Shown one piece after another: positions 1 through 10,101 of a stretch of 64,000 nucleotides of DNA. The notes under the pieces are model-generated. The model made no database searches, was not told the origin of the DNA, and saw only the letters and a list, made by a program, of their open reading frames with translations. Both the position numbers and the translations under genes were made by a program. This DNA is from an uncultured Candidatus Binatia bacterium. Lineage in GTDB: Bacteria; Desulfobacterota; Binatia; Bin18. Positions within the stretch are counted from its first letter, which is position 1; the number at the start of each line of letters is the position of its first letter. Location: NCBI GenBank assembly GCA_965200965.1, contig OZ241744.1, forward strand, positions 3,328,001 to 3,392,000. Reading direction: 5' to 3'.

Positions 1-689
1 TTGTTATGCACCAGGTGCAGGTTGTAGCCCTGGGCGCTGTTCTCGCGCTTGAGCTTCTCGGTCATATAGCGCACGACCTCATCCTCTTCGGCATGCACGG
101 CCATGATGCCGCCGTGCCTGGCGACCTCGGCAAAGATGGCCGACAGATGGCCGTAGGGGACCCGGATAGGATGAAAGGTGGTGAAAATTTTGAAGCTGGC
201 CACGCCCTCCTGCACGGCCTCAGCAATCTCGCCGATGGTCTGCGGGGCCACCTCACCGGCCAGAATATAGTGGAAGCTGTAGTCGGTGTAGGCGTGGGTC
301 CGAAACACCTCACGGCGCTCTTCCAGCACGCTCATCATCGACCTGGCCGGCGCATCGCCCTTGTCCTGGAAGCTCAGGTCTCCGGCAAAATCGACAATCG
401 TTGTCACCCCGCCAAAGGCCGCCGCCCGGCTGGCGTCCTGCGGTGGCTGGGTCATGATGTCGGGCTGGCCAGACCACTGGCTGGGTACCGGAATGCCGAT
501 ATGGGCGTGGGGCTCGATACCGCCCGGAATGACGATCTTGCCGTGTGCGTCAATCTCCCGTCCAGCGTCCGCGGCCAAGCTGCCGGCCCAGCCAAGCGCA
601 GCGATTTTTTCCCCCTGAATGCCGATATCCATCTCCCCAACGGCCTGGGGAGTGACAACCTGTCCGCCTTTGATAATCAGATCGAGCAT
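1..689 (-). CDS. Cyclic amidohydrolase (dihydropyrimidinase/hydantoinase-like), 3' end runs off the window
   Basis: Not in the ORF track. Hand translation from ATG at 689 (RBS AGGAGG): MLDLIIKGGQVVTP...DIGIQGEKIAALG...IDAHGKIVIPGGIEPHAH...AAAFGGVTTIVDF, which contains the amidohydrolase HxH motif and GGVTT. Confidence 0.85.
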   Translation of the reverse strand, partial: MLDLIIKGGQVVTPQAVGEMDIGIQGEKIAALGWAGSLAADAGREIDAHGKIVIPGGIEPHAHIGIPVPSQWSGQPDIMTQPPQDASRAAAFGGVTTIVDFAGDLSFQDKGDAPARSMMSVLEERREVFRTHAYTDYSFHYILAGEVAPQTIGEIAEAVQEGVASFKIFTTFHPIRVPYGHLSAIFAEVARHGGIMAVHAEEDEVVRYMTEKLKRENSAQGYNLHLVHN

Positions 690-813
690 GACTCCCTCCT
701 GCCCTCCCTTATGGGCGAGAAGGGCGCGGAATACAAGGGAAAGCCGGCCACCGAAACGCCCTGGGCCGGGAAGAGCTTGTGTCATCCAGAAGAAAAGGTG
801 CTATGACACATCC

Positions 814-2133
814 GTGGAACACAGCCAGGAACTCAAGCGAAGTCTGGGGCCGTTGATGCTGTGGGGTCTGGGGGTGGGCTATGTCATCTCCGGGATGTAC
901 TTTGGCTGGAACCTGGGCCTGGCCGAGGGCGGAACCCTGGGCATGGCGGTTGCCACCCTGTTTATCATCGTCCTGTACGTCTCGTTCACCTTCAGCTATA
1001 TGGAACTGGCCTGCGCCATCCCCAAAGCCGGCGGCGCGGCTGACTACGCCTGCGCGGCCCTGGGTCGGCGGTGGGGGTTTGTGGTCGGCATGGCCCAGAA
1101 TATCGAGTTCATTTTCGCCCCGCCGGCCATTGCCTTCGCCATCGGGGCCTATCTGGCGAACTGGATTCCGGGCACGACCACCACCACAATGGCCGTAGCC
1201 GCCTACCTGCTTTTCACCGTCATCAACATCATTGGGGTCAAAACCGCGGCCCTGTTTGAGCTGCTGATGACCGCCATCGCGGCGCTCGGCCTGCTGGTGT
1301 TCAGCGGCGTCAGCCTCCCCTATTTTGAGTGGCAGCATGTCACCGCAAACGCCCTGCCCAAGGGCTGGGGCGGCGCTTTTGCCGCCATCCCCTTTGCCAT
1401 CTGGTTTTTCCTGGCGATTGAGGGGGTGGCCAATGTGGCCGAGGAGACCATCAACCCCCAGCGCAACATCCTGCTGGGCTTCGGCCTGGCCCTCCTGACC
1501 CTGGTCGTCCTGTGCCTTGTGGTATTTACCAGCTCCGTCGGGGTAGCCGGTTGGGAGGCGGTCGTCTATCCCGCCCACAGCGCCCAGCCCTCCGACTCGC
1601 CCCTGCCCCTGGTGCTGGGCCATATCGTCAGCGACAACGACGTGACCCGGCATGTGCTGATTGCCACCGGCGTTTTCGGTCTGATGGCCTCCTTCCACGG
1701 GATCATGCTGGCCGGCGGAAGAGCGGTCTTCGAGTTTTCCCGTCTGGGTTTTGCGCCCGCGGCTCTGGGGACCATCCATCGCCGATACCGGACTCCGGTC
1801 AAAGCCTTTCTGTTCAATACCGGGCTGGGGATCATCATCCTGTTTTCGGGCCGAACCGGTGAGGTCATCGTCATTGCCTGTTTTGGGGCCTTGACCCTGT
1901 ACATCGTCTCCATGCTGGCCTTTTTCAAACTGCGGCAAGACGCACCCCATATGGACCGGCCTTTCAAGACCCCCTGTTATCCGGCAACCCCGGCCCTGGC
2001 CCTGCTGACGTCGATCGTCAGCCTGATCTCGCTCAGCATCTATCATGTGTATCCGGGCCTGATTTTTTATCTGCTGCTGGGGCTGACATTTGCCGGCTTC
2101 CGGTTTTGTGTCGAGGACAAGCGCCCTGTCTGA
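814..2133 (+). CDS. eat: APC-family amino acid/ethanolamine permease
   Basis: LKRSLGPLMLWGLGVGYVISGMYFGWN, AIPFAIWFFLAIEGVA, RPFKTP; about 12 hydrophobic segments. Start at GTG 814 is uncertain. Confidence 0.8.
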   Translation: MEHSQELKRSLGPLMLWGLGVGYVISGMYFGWNLGLAEGGTLGMAVATLFIIVLYVSFTFSYMELACAIPKAGGAADYACAALGRRWGFVVGMAQNIEFIFAPPAIAFAIGAYLANWIPGTTTTTMAVAAYLLFTVINIIGVKTAALFELLMTAIAALGLLVFSGVSLPYFEWQHVTANALPKGWGGAFAAIPFAIWFFLAIEGVANVAEETINPQRNILLGFGLALLTLVVLCLVVFTSSVGVAGWEAVVYPAHSAQPSDSPLPLVLGHIVSDNDVTRHVLIATGVFGLMASFHGIMLAGGRAVFEFSRLGFAPAALGTIHRRYRTPVKAFLFNTGLGIIILFSGRTGEVIVIACFGALTLYIVSMLAFFKLRQDAPHMDRPFKTPCYPATPALALLTSIVSLISLSIYHVYPGLIFYLLLGLTFAGFRFCVEDKRPV

Positions 2134-2189
2134 GGACGGTTTTCCTGCTGACCCTGGACCTGGCCTGCGTCTCAGGATAGACAGGCAGC

Positions 2190-3542
2190 ATGAGCAGTTA
2201 CGATTACGACCTGTTTGTGCTGGGAGCCGGCTCGGGCGGGGTGCGGGCCAGCCGCATGGCGGCGGCCTATGGCGCACGGGTGGCCGTGGTGGAGGAACGC
2301 TATCTCGGCGGGACGTGTGTGAATGTCGGCTGTATTCCGAAAAAACTGTTTGTGTATGCGGCCGAGTTCCGGGATCATTTTGAGGACGCCGCCGGCTTTG
2401 GCTGGACGGTGGGCCAGTGCAGCCTTGATTGGCCGCGCCTGGTCGCCAATAAAAACGCCGAGATCGAACGCCTGAACGGCATCTACCGCACGCTGCTGAG
2501 CAACGCCGGAGCCGAGATTATCGAAGGCCGGGCCCGGCTGCTTGACCCGCATACGGTTGCCGTTGGCGACCGGCGCTCTACGGCCGAGTATATTCTGGTG
2601 GCGACCGGCAGTTGGCCCTACCTGCCCCCGATTCCGGGCATTGAACACGCCATCTCGTCCAACGAGGCGTTTTATCTGGACCGCCTGCCCGAGCGGGTGC
2701 TTGTTGTCGGCGGAGGCTATATTGCGGTTGAGTTTGCCACAATTTTCCACGGCCTCGGCGTTAAGGTGACAGAGCTGTACCGGGGTGAGCTCTTCTTGCG
2801 CGGCTTTGATAGCGATGTCCGTCGGGCGCTGGCCGAGGAGATGCGCAAACGGGCCATTGACCTGCGCTTCCAGGCCGATGTCGCCCGGATTGAGCGCAAC
2901 AACGGCGCTCTCACAGCCACCCTGACAGACGGCACCCGCCTGGAAACCGAGCTGATTCTGTACGCCACCGGACGCTTGCCAAACACCCGGGATATCGGAC
3001 TCGAAGCGGTCGGGGTGGCAATGAACGACATCGGTGCGGTCACGGTTGACGCCTATTCACGCTCCACCGTCCCCCATATCTTTGCCATTGGTGACTGCAC
3101 CGACCGGCTGAATCTGACACCTATGGCTATTGCCGAGGGCCAAGCCGTGGCCGAAACCCTGTTTCACGACCGGCCGACCCGACCCGACCACACCAATGTC
3201 GCCACCGCGGTCTTCAGTCATCCGCCGATTGGCGCGGTCGGCCTGACCGAAGACGAAGCGCGGCAACGCTACCCGGCTATCGATGTCTACACCTCGACCT
3301 TTCGGCCGCTCAAGCACACCCTGAGCGGCCGGGCCGAGCAAACATGTATGAAACTCGTGGTAGACCGGGCGTCTGACCGGGTACTGGGCTGTCATATGCT
3401 CGGTCCCGAGGCCGGCGAGATTATTCAGGGTTTTTCGGTGGCGATACAGTGCGGGGCGACCAAAGCCCAGTTTGACGCCACCATCGGGATTCACCCCACG
3501 GCGGCAGAAGAGTTTGTCACCATGCGAACAAAGCGAGACTGA
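2190..3542 (+). CDS. gor: Glutathione-disulfide reductase
   Basis: GAGSGG FAD motif, GGTCVNVGCIPKK redox disulfide, GGGYIAVEFA, C-terminal IHPTAAEEFVTMR. Confidence 0.95.
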   Translation: MSSYDYDLFVLGAGSGGVRASRMAAAYGARVAVVEERYLGGTCVNVGCIPKKLFVYAAEFRDHFEDAAGFGWTVGQCSLDWPRLVANKNAEIERLNGIYRTLLSNAGAEIIEGRARLLDPHTVAVGDRRSTAEYILVATGSWPYLPPIPGIEHAISSNEAFYLDRLPERVLVVGGGYIAVEFATIFHGLGVKVTELYRGELFLRGFDSDVRRALAEEMRKRAIDLRFQADVARIERNNGALTATLTDGTRLETELILYATGRLPNTRDIGLEAVGVAMNDIGAVTVDAYSRSTVPHIFAIGDCTDRLNLTPMAIAEGQAVAETLFHDRPTRPDHTNVATAVFSHPPIGAVGLTEDEARQRYPAIDVYTSTFRPLKHTLSGRAEQTCMKLVVDRASDRVLGCHMLGPEAGEIIQGFSVAIQCGATKAQFDATIGIHPTAAEEFVTMRTKRD

Positions 3543-3554
3543 GGAGGAAACACC

Positions 3555-4637
3555 ATGCGCGCGGCGATAATGCGAGACCACACCCTGATCGTTGACGATG
3601 TGCCAGCCCCAGAGCCTGGACCGGGCGAGGTCCTGGTCAAAACCCTGGCCTGCGGCATCTGCGGCTCAGACCTGCACACCCTCAAGCACGCCGAGAAGCT
3701 GGTTGAGGTGTCCGGGAAGTCGGGCGGCATTTTCAATATGGATATCCGCCGTGATATTGTCATGGGCCATGAGTTCTGTGTTGAAGTCGTCGATCATGGG
3801 CCGGAGACGACCCGGACGCTCAAAGCCGGCAGCCGGGCCTGCTCCATGCCGGTCCTGGTCCGTCCTGCGGGCGTGGAGACGGTCGGCTACTCAAACGACA
3901 ACCCCGGCGGCTACGGCGAGTTGATGCGACTGACCGAGAGCTTGCTGCTGGCCGTGCCTGATGGCCTGCCGACCGACTACGCCGCCCTGACCGAGCCGCT
4001 GGCGGTCGGCTCTCACGCGGTCCAGATGGCGCGTCTGGACAAGGACGATGTGCCGCTGGTGATCGGCTGTGGCCCGGTTGGCCTGGCAGTGATTGCCGCC
4101 CTGCGCCTCAAAGACATCCGGCCCATCGTGGCCGCGGACTTCTCCCCCCGCCGGCGGCAACTGGCCGAGGCGATGGGCGCGGATATCGTCATTGACCCCC
4201 ACCAGCGGTCTCCCTACGCCAGTTGGCAAGAAGCCGCGGTGGCCGACCCCGGCACGGCTCCGCAGCAGGCCCCGTGGGCGACCGGTCCGCCGTTGCGGCC
4301 GGCCGCGATGTTTGAATGTGTCGGCGTTCCCGGGGTGATTGACCAGATTATGCGCTCAGCCCCGCGCAACGCCCGGATCATGGTGGTTGGGGTGTGTATG
4401 GAAGACGACACCATCCAGCCCATGTCTGGCATCAATAAAGAGCTGAACCTCCAGTTTGTGCTCGGCTACACGTCCGAGGAGTTCAGCCAGACCTTGTATG
4501 CTATTGCCGACGGCAAGCTGCCGGTCGAGCCGCTGATCACAGGCAAGGTCGGGGTTGAGGGCGTGGCTCAGGCGTTTGAGGAGTTGGCCTCGCCTGAGCA
4601 CCACGCCAAGATTCTGGTGGAGCCGTGGCGAAGTTGA
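3555..4637 (+). CDS. Zinc-binding (MDR) dehydrogenase
   Basis: GICGSDLH, GHEF, GCGPVG motifs. Confidence 0.9.
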   Translation: MRAAIMRDHTLIVDDVPAPEPGPGEVLVKTLACGICGSDLHTLKHAEKLVEVSGKSGGIFNMDIRRDIVMGHEFCVEVVDHGPETTRTLKAGSRACSMPVLVRPAGVETVGYSNDNPGGYGELMRLTESLLLAVPDGLPTDYAALTEPLAVGSHAVQMARLDKDDVPLVIGCGPVGLAVIAALRLKDIRPIVAADFSPRRRQLAEAMGADIVIDPHQRSPYASWQEAAVADPGTAPQQAPWATGPPLRPAAMFECVGVPGVIDQIMRSAPRNARIMVVGVCMEDDTIQPMSGINKELNLQFVLGYTSEEFSQTLYAIADGKLPVEPLITGKVGVEGVAQAFEELASPEHHAKILVEPWRS

Positions 4638-4649
4638 TGCGCGCCGGCC

Positions 4650-5105
4650 CTATACCGCCGTGCCCGTCTGCTGGGCCCACAGTGCCTGGGCCTGTTCCCA
4701 GCCGACCACGGCCAGGGTAGTGCCGGCCTCGTCAATAAACTGCAACGGCCCCAGAAAGGTCATGTAGAACTCGCTGTCCTCGACAAAGTTCGTCTGATCG
4801 TGGCGGGCGTTGCAGGCCTCATAACCATAGCCCACCGCGGTTGCGGTGGCCCCGCCTTCCTCGCTCCCGCCCCGGACTTCCATTCTCCCTTTGGTCAAAA
4901 AGTATTCGCCCGGTCCGACATGGACGTGTCGGGCAAAAGACGAGCCCCGGGGACAGTCAAAAATGGCCGTCCACGCGCCGGATTCGGGTGAGACGTGGAG
5001 GAGCTTCCATTGGATGCCACCGGCTGAAAACTCGCCTGGAAAGGGTTGCCAGGCGACTGAACTGATGTGGACATAGTCTCCGTCAAGTTTTTCTTTGAGC
5101 GCCAC
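4650..5105 (-). CDS. dke1: Cupin Fe(II) beta-diketone-cleaving dioxygenase (Dke1-like)
   Basis: GTG at 5105 with RBS AGGAGG. WKLLHVSPESGAWTAIFDCPRGSSFARHVHVGPGEYFLTKGRMEVRGG...H...FYMTFLGPLQFID closely matches acetylacetone dioxygenase Dke1 as I recall it, with the 3-His triad. Confidence 0.8.
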   Translation of the reverse strand: MALKEKLDGDYVHISSVAWQPFPGEFSAGGIQWKLLHVSPESGAWTAIFDCPRGSSFARHVHVGPGEYFLTKGRMEVRGGSEEGGATATAVGYGYEACNARHDQTNFVEDSEFYMTFLGPLQFIDEAGTTLAVVGWEQAQALWAQQTGTAV

Positions 5106-5367
5106 TGTCGTCCCTCCTGCTGCATGGCTGCGCCTGACATAAAATGATCCGGGCCGGGATGCAAGAGGCGTCCCGGCCCTCTTCTCCCGGCCCGCCAAAT
5201 GTGCGAGTGCTGCTGAGAGCAATAGACTTGGTGGTAGACGCCGCTCAGGCCGCCGACCGACGCGGACAGGCGGAACACGGATGGAGAGGCGGCTGGGGGC
5301 GGTCTTTGGGTCCAGGCTGTGGTGTGGCCCGACCCACCGGACCAAGCCGCCTGAGCCGAGAGACGCT

Positions 5368-7386
5368 CTACCTCGCCTGACCGTCCTCATCCTCCTCTTC
5401 CATCAGCATGACCGGGGTCAGAATGCGCCGAGGAATGCCGTCCAGAAAGCGCGACGGCCGGCTGAAAACCATGCCGGTGGCCCGGTCAAAGATGTTGATC
5501 GGATAGCTGATAAACAGGTTCTCCTTGGCGCGGGTGGCCGCCACATACATCAGGCGGCGCTCTTCTTCGAGTTCGTCGTCGTCTTTGTTGTGCAGGCTCG
5601 GAAAACGGCCCTCGACCGCCCAGATGATAAACACCGAGTGCCACTCCAGGCCCTTGGCCGAGTGAATGGTCGAGAGGGTCAGCAGCCCCTCGTCTTCGTC
5701 CTCGGTCGCCAGGATATTATCAACGCTGCTTGTCGGGGGCTCGAGCGCCATGTCGGACAGCATCCGATTCAGGCTGCGGTAGCGTTCGGTGATGATGGCG
5801 AAGTGCTCCAGGTCTTTTTGACGCTTGGGGGCGTCGTCCCGGTGGCGACGTTTCAAGAGCGGCAGGTAATAGCGCACGATGACGTCGAGTTGTTCGGCCG
5901 GTTTCAACTCGTCGGCCCTGGCCTGTTGCAGCGTCTCGGCCAAAGTCTGCAAGGCCGTGGCGACTGTGCCTCGCCCCTTATAGGTGGCCAGACCCTGGAA
6001 TTGGTCCGGGCCGTCAAGCACATGGGCCAGGATCGCCTCGCTGCTCTTGGGCCCTACGCCGTCCAGGAGCAACAGCACGCGGTACCACGAGACCGCGTCT
6101 TGGGGGTTGGCGATGATCCGCAGATGGGCCAACACGTCTTTGATGTGGGTGGTTTCAATAAATTTGAAGCCGCCCCGTTTGACAAACTGGATGTTCCGCT
6201 TGCTGAGTTCGATTTCGAGATCGAACGAATGAAAACTGGAGCGAAACAGGACGGCGATCTCGGGCAGCGGCACCCCGGACTCGCGCAGCTCCAGGATTTT
6301 CTGCCCGACAAAGCGCGACTGGTAGCGTTCGCTCTCGGCCTCAACCAGGACCGGCGCGATGCCGGCCTCGCGGCGGGTAAACAGATTTTTGGTATAGCTC
6401 TCTTTGGCCTGGAGGATGATTTCGTTGGACAGGTCAAGAATCGGCTGGGTGCTGCGGTAGTTCTCTTCCAGTTTGATGACGGTGGTGTCGGGGAAGAGGC
6501 TGGGAAACTCAAAGATGTTGCGCACTGTTGCGCCCCGAAAGCTGTAGATCGACTGGGCGTCATCCCCGACCGCCATTACATTGTCGTGGGAGTGGGCCAG
6601 CAGCCGGACAAGAGCGGCCTGGAGCCGGTTGGTGTCCTGGTACTCATCGACCATGATGTAGTGGAAGGTGCGGGACAGCCGGTCGGCCAGCTCGGGATGG
6701 TCGCGCAGCAGTTCGCGCAAACAGCTCAGCAGGTCGTCGTAGTCCAACAGGCTGCGCTCACGCTTATAGGTCCGGTAATACTCCGCAATCTGGCCCAACT
6801 CGTCCAACTCATTGAACAAGTGCGGGAACTGTTCGTCGAGCACCGCGGCCACCCCACAGGTTTTGTTGGCCGCCAGGCTGAGGATTTCCAGAATCGTCTG
6901 CTTGCGGGGAAAGCGGCGTTCTTTTTTGTCCAGACCCAGGCGGCTGCGGATCAGGTTAATCACGTCCTCGGCGTCGCTGCGGTCCAGAATAGTGAAGGCG
7001 TGAGCAACCCCCAGGAGATGGGCGTAGCGGCGTAAAATCGTATTGGCAAAGGAGTGAAACGTGCCGCCGGTGACCCGGTCGCAGCGACTTCCCAGGAGCG
7101 CCTCAACCCGGCGCAGCATCTCTTCGGCCGCCCGCCGGGTAAAGGTCAGCAGCAGGATGGAAGCCGGGTCAATGCCCTCCTCAACCATGCGGGCGACCCG
7201 GAAAACGAGCGTGCGGGTCTTGCCGCTGCCGGCTCCGGCCAGGACCAGCAGCGGACCCCGGTGGGTGACGGCGGCCTTGTACTGGGAGGGGTTGAGTTCC
7301 TCCTGATAGTTGATCAGGAAGCGCCCGGCCCGGTCGTCAGACTCTGGACGCAGCTTGTATGCTGCAGGTCGCGTCTGTTCACTCAC
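5368..7386 (-). CDS. UvrD/PcrA/Rep-family ATP-dependent DNA helicase
   Basis: AGAGSGKT, LTFTRRAA, VDEYQDTN, VGDDAQSIYSFRGA, LEENYRST, STIHSAKGLEW, EERRLMYVAATRAK. Confidence 0.95.
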   Translation of the reverse strand: MSEQTRPAAYKLRPESDDRAGRFLINYQEELNPSQYKAAVTHRGPLLVLAGAGSGKTRTLVFRVARMVEEGIDPASILLLTFTRRAAEEMLRRVEALLGSRCDRVTGGTFHSFANTILRRYAHLLGVAHAFTILDRSDAEDVINLIRSRLGLDKKERRFPRKQTILEILSLAANKTCGVAAVLDEQFPHLFNELDELGQIAEYYRTYKRERSLLDYDDLLSCLRELLRDHPELADRLSRTFHYIMVDEYQDTNRLQAALVRLLAHSHDNVMAVGDDAQSIYSFRGATVRNIFEFPSLFPDTTVIKLEENYRSTQPILDLSNEIILQAKESYTKNLFTRREAGIAPVLVEAESERYQSRFVGQKILELRESGVPLPEIAVLFRSSFHSFDLEIELSKRNIQFVKRGGFKFIETTHIKDVLAHLRIIANPQDAVSWYRVLLLLDGVGPKSSEAILAHVLDGPDQFQGLATYKGRGTVATALQTLAETLQQARADELKPAEQLDVIVRYYLPLLKRRHRDDAPKRQKDLEHFAIITERYRSLNRMLSDMALEPPTSSVDNILATEDEDEGLLTLSTIHSAKGLEWHSVFIIWAVEGRFPSLHNKDDDELEEERRLMYVAATRAKENLFISYPINIFDRATGMVFSRPSRFLDGIPRRILTPVMLMEEEDEDGQAR

Positions 7387-7518
7387 CGCTCCGCTCCATT
7401 CACTCGGTCTCTGGCCACAGCCGCCCCAGCATAGCGGAAAAGCCGCCGGCCGTCAGCGTGGCCGGCACGAGACGCTTTGCGCTGACAAGCGCGTTCGGGT
7501 CTGCTATGTACACTGCCG

Positions 7519-7758
7519 ATGCCCCCCAAGACCGAACAGATGAACTTGCACGGCGTCAAGTGCCCCCTCAACTGGGCCAAGGCCAAGGTCCGCCTTGAGT
7601 ACCTGGAGCGGGGCGATGTCTTAGCGCTGTTGATTGACGACCCCAAGGGACGCCGCGATATCCCGCGTGCCGCGGAAGCCGAGGGCTACGCCATCGTGGA
7701 TATCATCGAAGTCTCTGAGCCTGAACGCGCCCACTGGCGTATTCTGATTGAGAAATAA
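7519..7758 (+). CDS. TusA-family sulfur carrier protein
   Basis: LHGVKCPLNWAKAK (CPxx motif), 79 aa. Confidence 0.85.
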   Translation: MPPKTEQMNLHGVKCPLNWAKAKVRLEYLERGDVLALLIDDPKGRRDIPRAAEAEGYAIVDIIEVSEPERAHWRILIEK

Positions 7759-7768
7759 GGAGGGACAC

Positions 7769-9676
7769 ATGGACCGCGCAGGGATGCTGCTTGCCGCGTG
7801 TCTGATGCTGATGGGCGGCCCGGCCTGGGCCGTCAGCCTGGCCGAGCCGGACGGCGAAGCGCTCTACAATGAGCACTGCGCCAAGTGTCATGCCTCGGTG
7901 GCCCGGGCACCCAGACTTGGGGTCATGCGCAAACTGCCGCCCGAGTTCATTATGCGTTCGCTCGAGGTTGGCCGCATGGTCTTCCAGGGGGTGATGCGGA
8001 CCAAGGCCGAGCGACTGGCCATTGCGGCCTATATTTCAGAACGGGAGTTCGGCGCGGCCCGGGACGACGAGGCCGCCGCGTGGACCTACTGCTCGCTGCG
8101 ACCGGGCCAGCTCGATCTGTCCGAGCAGACCGCCAACTGGAACGGCTGGGGCGGTGATGTCAGCAACGCCCGCTTTCAGCCGCGGGACAAAGCTGGCCTG
8201 TCCGCGGCCGACATCCCCACGCTCAAGCTCAAATGGTCCTTCGGTCTGCCCGAGAACTACCAGACCTCCCAGCCGACCGTGTTTGGCGGCCGGGTGTATA
8301 TCGGCAGTATGCGGGGGGTCGTGTTTTCCCTGAACGCCCGGACCGGCTGTCTGTACTGGGCGTATGCGACCGGGGCCGGGGTGCGCTCCACCGTGACCGT
8401 CGGCCCTCTGGAGGGCAGCGACCCGCCGCGTTACGCAGCGCGTTACGCAGCCTACTTTGGCGATGTGGAACGCAATGTCTACGCCCTTGACGCCCGGACT
8501 GGCCAGCTCATCTGGAAAACCCGGATCGAGCAGCACCCGACCGGCCGCGTCACCGCCGGCCCGGCCCTGTACAACAACCGCCTGTACGTTGGCATGGCCT
8601 CGTTTGAAGAAGGGGCAGGCGGGGAGGCCGATTACGAGTGTTGCACCTTCCGGGGCAGCATCAGCGCGCTGAACGCCACGACCGGAGAGTTGCTGTGGAA
8701 GTCCTACACCGTTGATGAACCCGGAAAAGTCCGCAAGAATAAAATTGGCACCCAACTCTGGGGGCCGTCCGGGGCCGGGGTCTGGTCCAGCCCCACCCTT
8801 GACCCGAAGCTCAAGCGCGTCTACATCACCACCGGCGATAACTATTCAGACCCGCCCACCGACACCAGCGACGCCATCATGGCCTTTGACATGGAGACCG
8901 GCAAGCGTATCTGGACCCGGCAGTTCACCACGGGCGACGCCTTCAATATCGCCTGCGAGTCGGGCGACGACACCAACTGCCCCGAGGCACGCGGCCCCGA
9001 CCTCGACTTTGGCTCCTCGGCTATTCTGCGCGAACTGCCCGGCGGCAAACGCCTTCTGCTGGCCGGCCAGAAGTCGGGCGTGGTCCACGCCGTTGACCCC
9101 GACCAGGACGGTACGATCGTGTGGCAGCAGCGGGCCGGGGCCGGCGGCATCCTGGGCGGCATCCAGTGGGGGCCGGCCGCGGACGAGTCAAACATCTATG
9201 TGGCCCTGTCCGACGTGAAGGTCAACCTCAACCGCACCCAGGAAGGCTCCATCACCTCCTCCATTGATAGCACCCAGGGCGGAGGCATTGCCGCCTATGA
9301 CATGGCGACCGGCGAGAAACTGTGGTTCACCCCGCCGCCCGGCTGTGGCGACAAGGCGAATTGCAGCCCGGCCCAGTCCGCGGCCATCTCGGTCCTGCCC
9401 GGCGTGGTGTTCTCCGGCTCGGTTGACGGCCACCTGCGGGCCTACTCAACCCGGGACGGGTCTATCGTGTGGGACTACGACACCGCCCAGGAATACTACT
9501 CGGTCAACGATGTCAACACCAGAGGCGGCTCACTTGACGGCCCCGGCCCGACCATTGCCGGCGGCATGGTGTATGTCTATTCCGGCTATGGCTTCTGGGG
9601 CGGTATGCCGGGCAACGCCCTGCTTGCCTTTGAGGCCGCGGCCGACAACGGCACGGCCGCCTCAAGCGGCGAATAA
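7769..9676 (+). CDS. Secreted PQQ/heme-c quinohemoprotein dehydrogenase (polyvinyl-alcohol dehydrogenase-like)
   Basis: Signal peptide, CAKCH heme motif, PQQ beta-propeller repeats, ECCTFRGS, GPDLDFG, LLAGQKSG, GMPGNALLAF. Confidence 0.85.
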   Translation: MDRAGMLLAACLMLMGGPAWAVSLAEPDGEALYNEHCAKCHASVARAPRLGVMRKLPPEFIMRSLEVGRMVFQGVMRTKAERLAIAAYISEREFGAARDDEAAAWTYCSLRPGQLDLSEQTANWNGWGGDVSNARFQPRDKAGLSAADIPTLKLKWSFGLPENYQTSQPTVFGGRVYIGSMRGVVFSLNARTGCLYWAYATGAGVRSTVTVGPLEGSDPPRYAARYAAYFGDVERNVYALDARTGQLIWKTRIEQHPTGRVTAGPALYNNRLYVGMASFEEGAGGEADYECCTFRGSISALNATTGELLWKSYTVDEPGKVRKNKIGTQLWGPSGAGVWSSPTLDPKLKRVYITTGDNYSDPPTDTSDAIMAFDMETGKRIWTRQFTTGDAFNIACESGDDTNCPEARGPDLDFGSSAILRELPGGKRLLLAGQKSGVVHAVDPDQDGTIVWQQRAGAGGILGGIQWGPAADESNIYVALSDVKVNLNRTQEGSITSSIDSTQGGGIAAYDMATGEKLWFTPPPGCGDKANCSPAQSAAISVLPGVVFSGSVDGHLRAYSTRDGSIVWDYDTAQEYYSVNDVNTRGGSLDGPGPTIAGGMVYVYSGYGFWGGMPGNALLAFEAAADNGTAASSGE

Positions 9677-9922
9677 TTCCCTTGTTCTCTGCCTGCCTTG
9701 AGTCCAGCAAGATCAAACCAGGGAGTTCATCAAATACCAGATTGAGCGAATCCGTATTCTCTCCATTGTTGTTCTGGCTCCGGCTGGAGGAGGGCTGAGT
9801 CTGATTTTGGGCGATCTGTCTGGACTACGCCTTTTCTGGTGGTTGTTGGGATTTTGCTGATTGTGCTGCTCCTGGAGTTGCTCAGATAAGGAGACCCCGC
9901 CCTTCCTGCCCTTTTGAGGACG

Positions 9923-10033
9923 ATGCTCATGCTTGACATCATTGCCGGATTTCCTGCGGCTTGGTTGGCTGTTGTCATCGGCTACGGCTTCTGGCGTATT
10001 TCCAGGCAGGGCCTCCCCAAACAGCCCGGCTGA
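9923..10033 (+). CDS. Putative 36-aa single-TM peptide
   Basis: Hand translation MLMLDIIAGFPAAWLAVVIGYGFWRISRQGLPKQPG; GAGGA lies just upstream. Confidence 0.35.
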   Translation: MLMLDIIAGFPAAWLAVVIGYGFWRISRQGLPKQPG

Positions 10034-10101
10034 GCGGAGCCCTCAGCGAAACACCCGCTCGCCGGTCGCAAACAGCAGCCACACCCCTATGCCGGGGCTG
10101 C

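Noticed and set aside
6-806. 266-aa + strand ORF
   Set aside because: Antisense shadow of the amidohydrolase gene on the - strand.
5281-7035. 584-aa + strand ORF; similar long ORFs at 709-2277, 11255-13252, 27804-29459, 48542-49957, 51668-53176 and 54245-55747
   Set aside because: Opposite-strand shadows of well-supported genes in GC-rich DNA, with no motifs.
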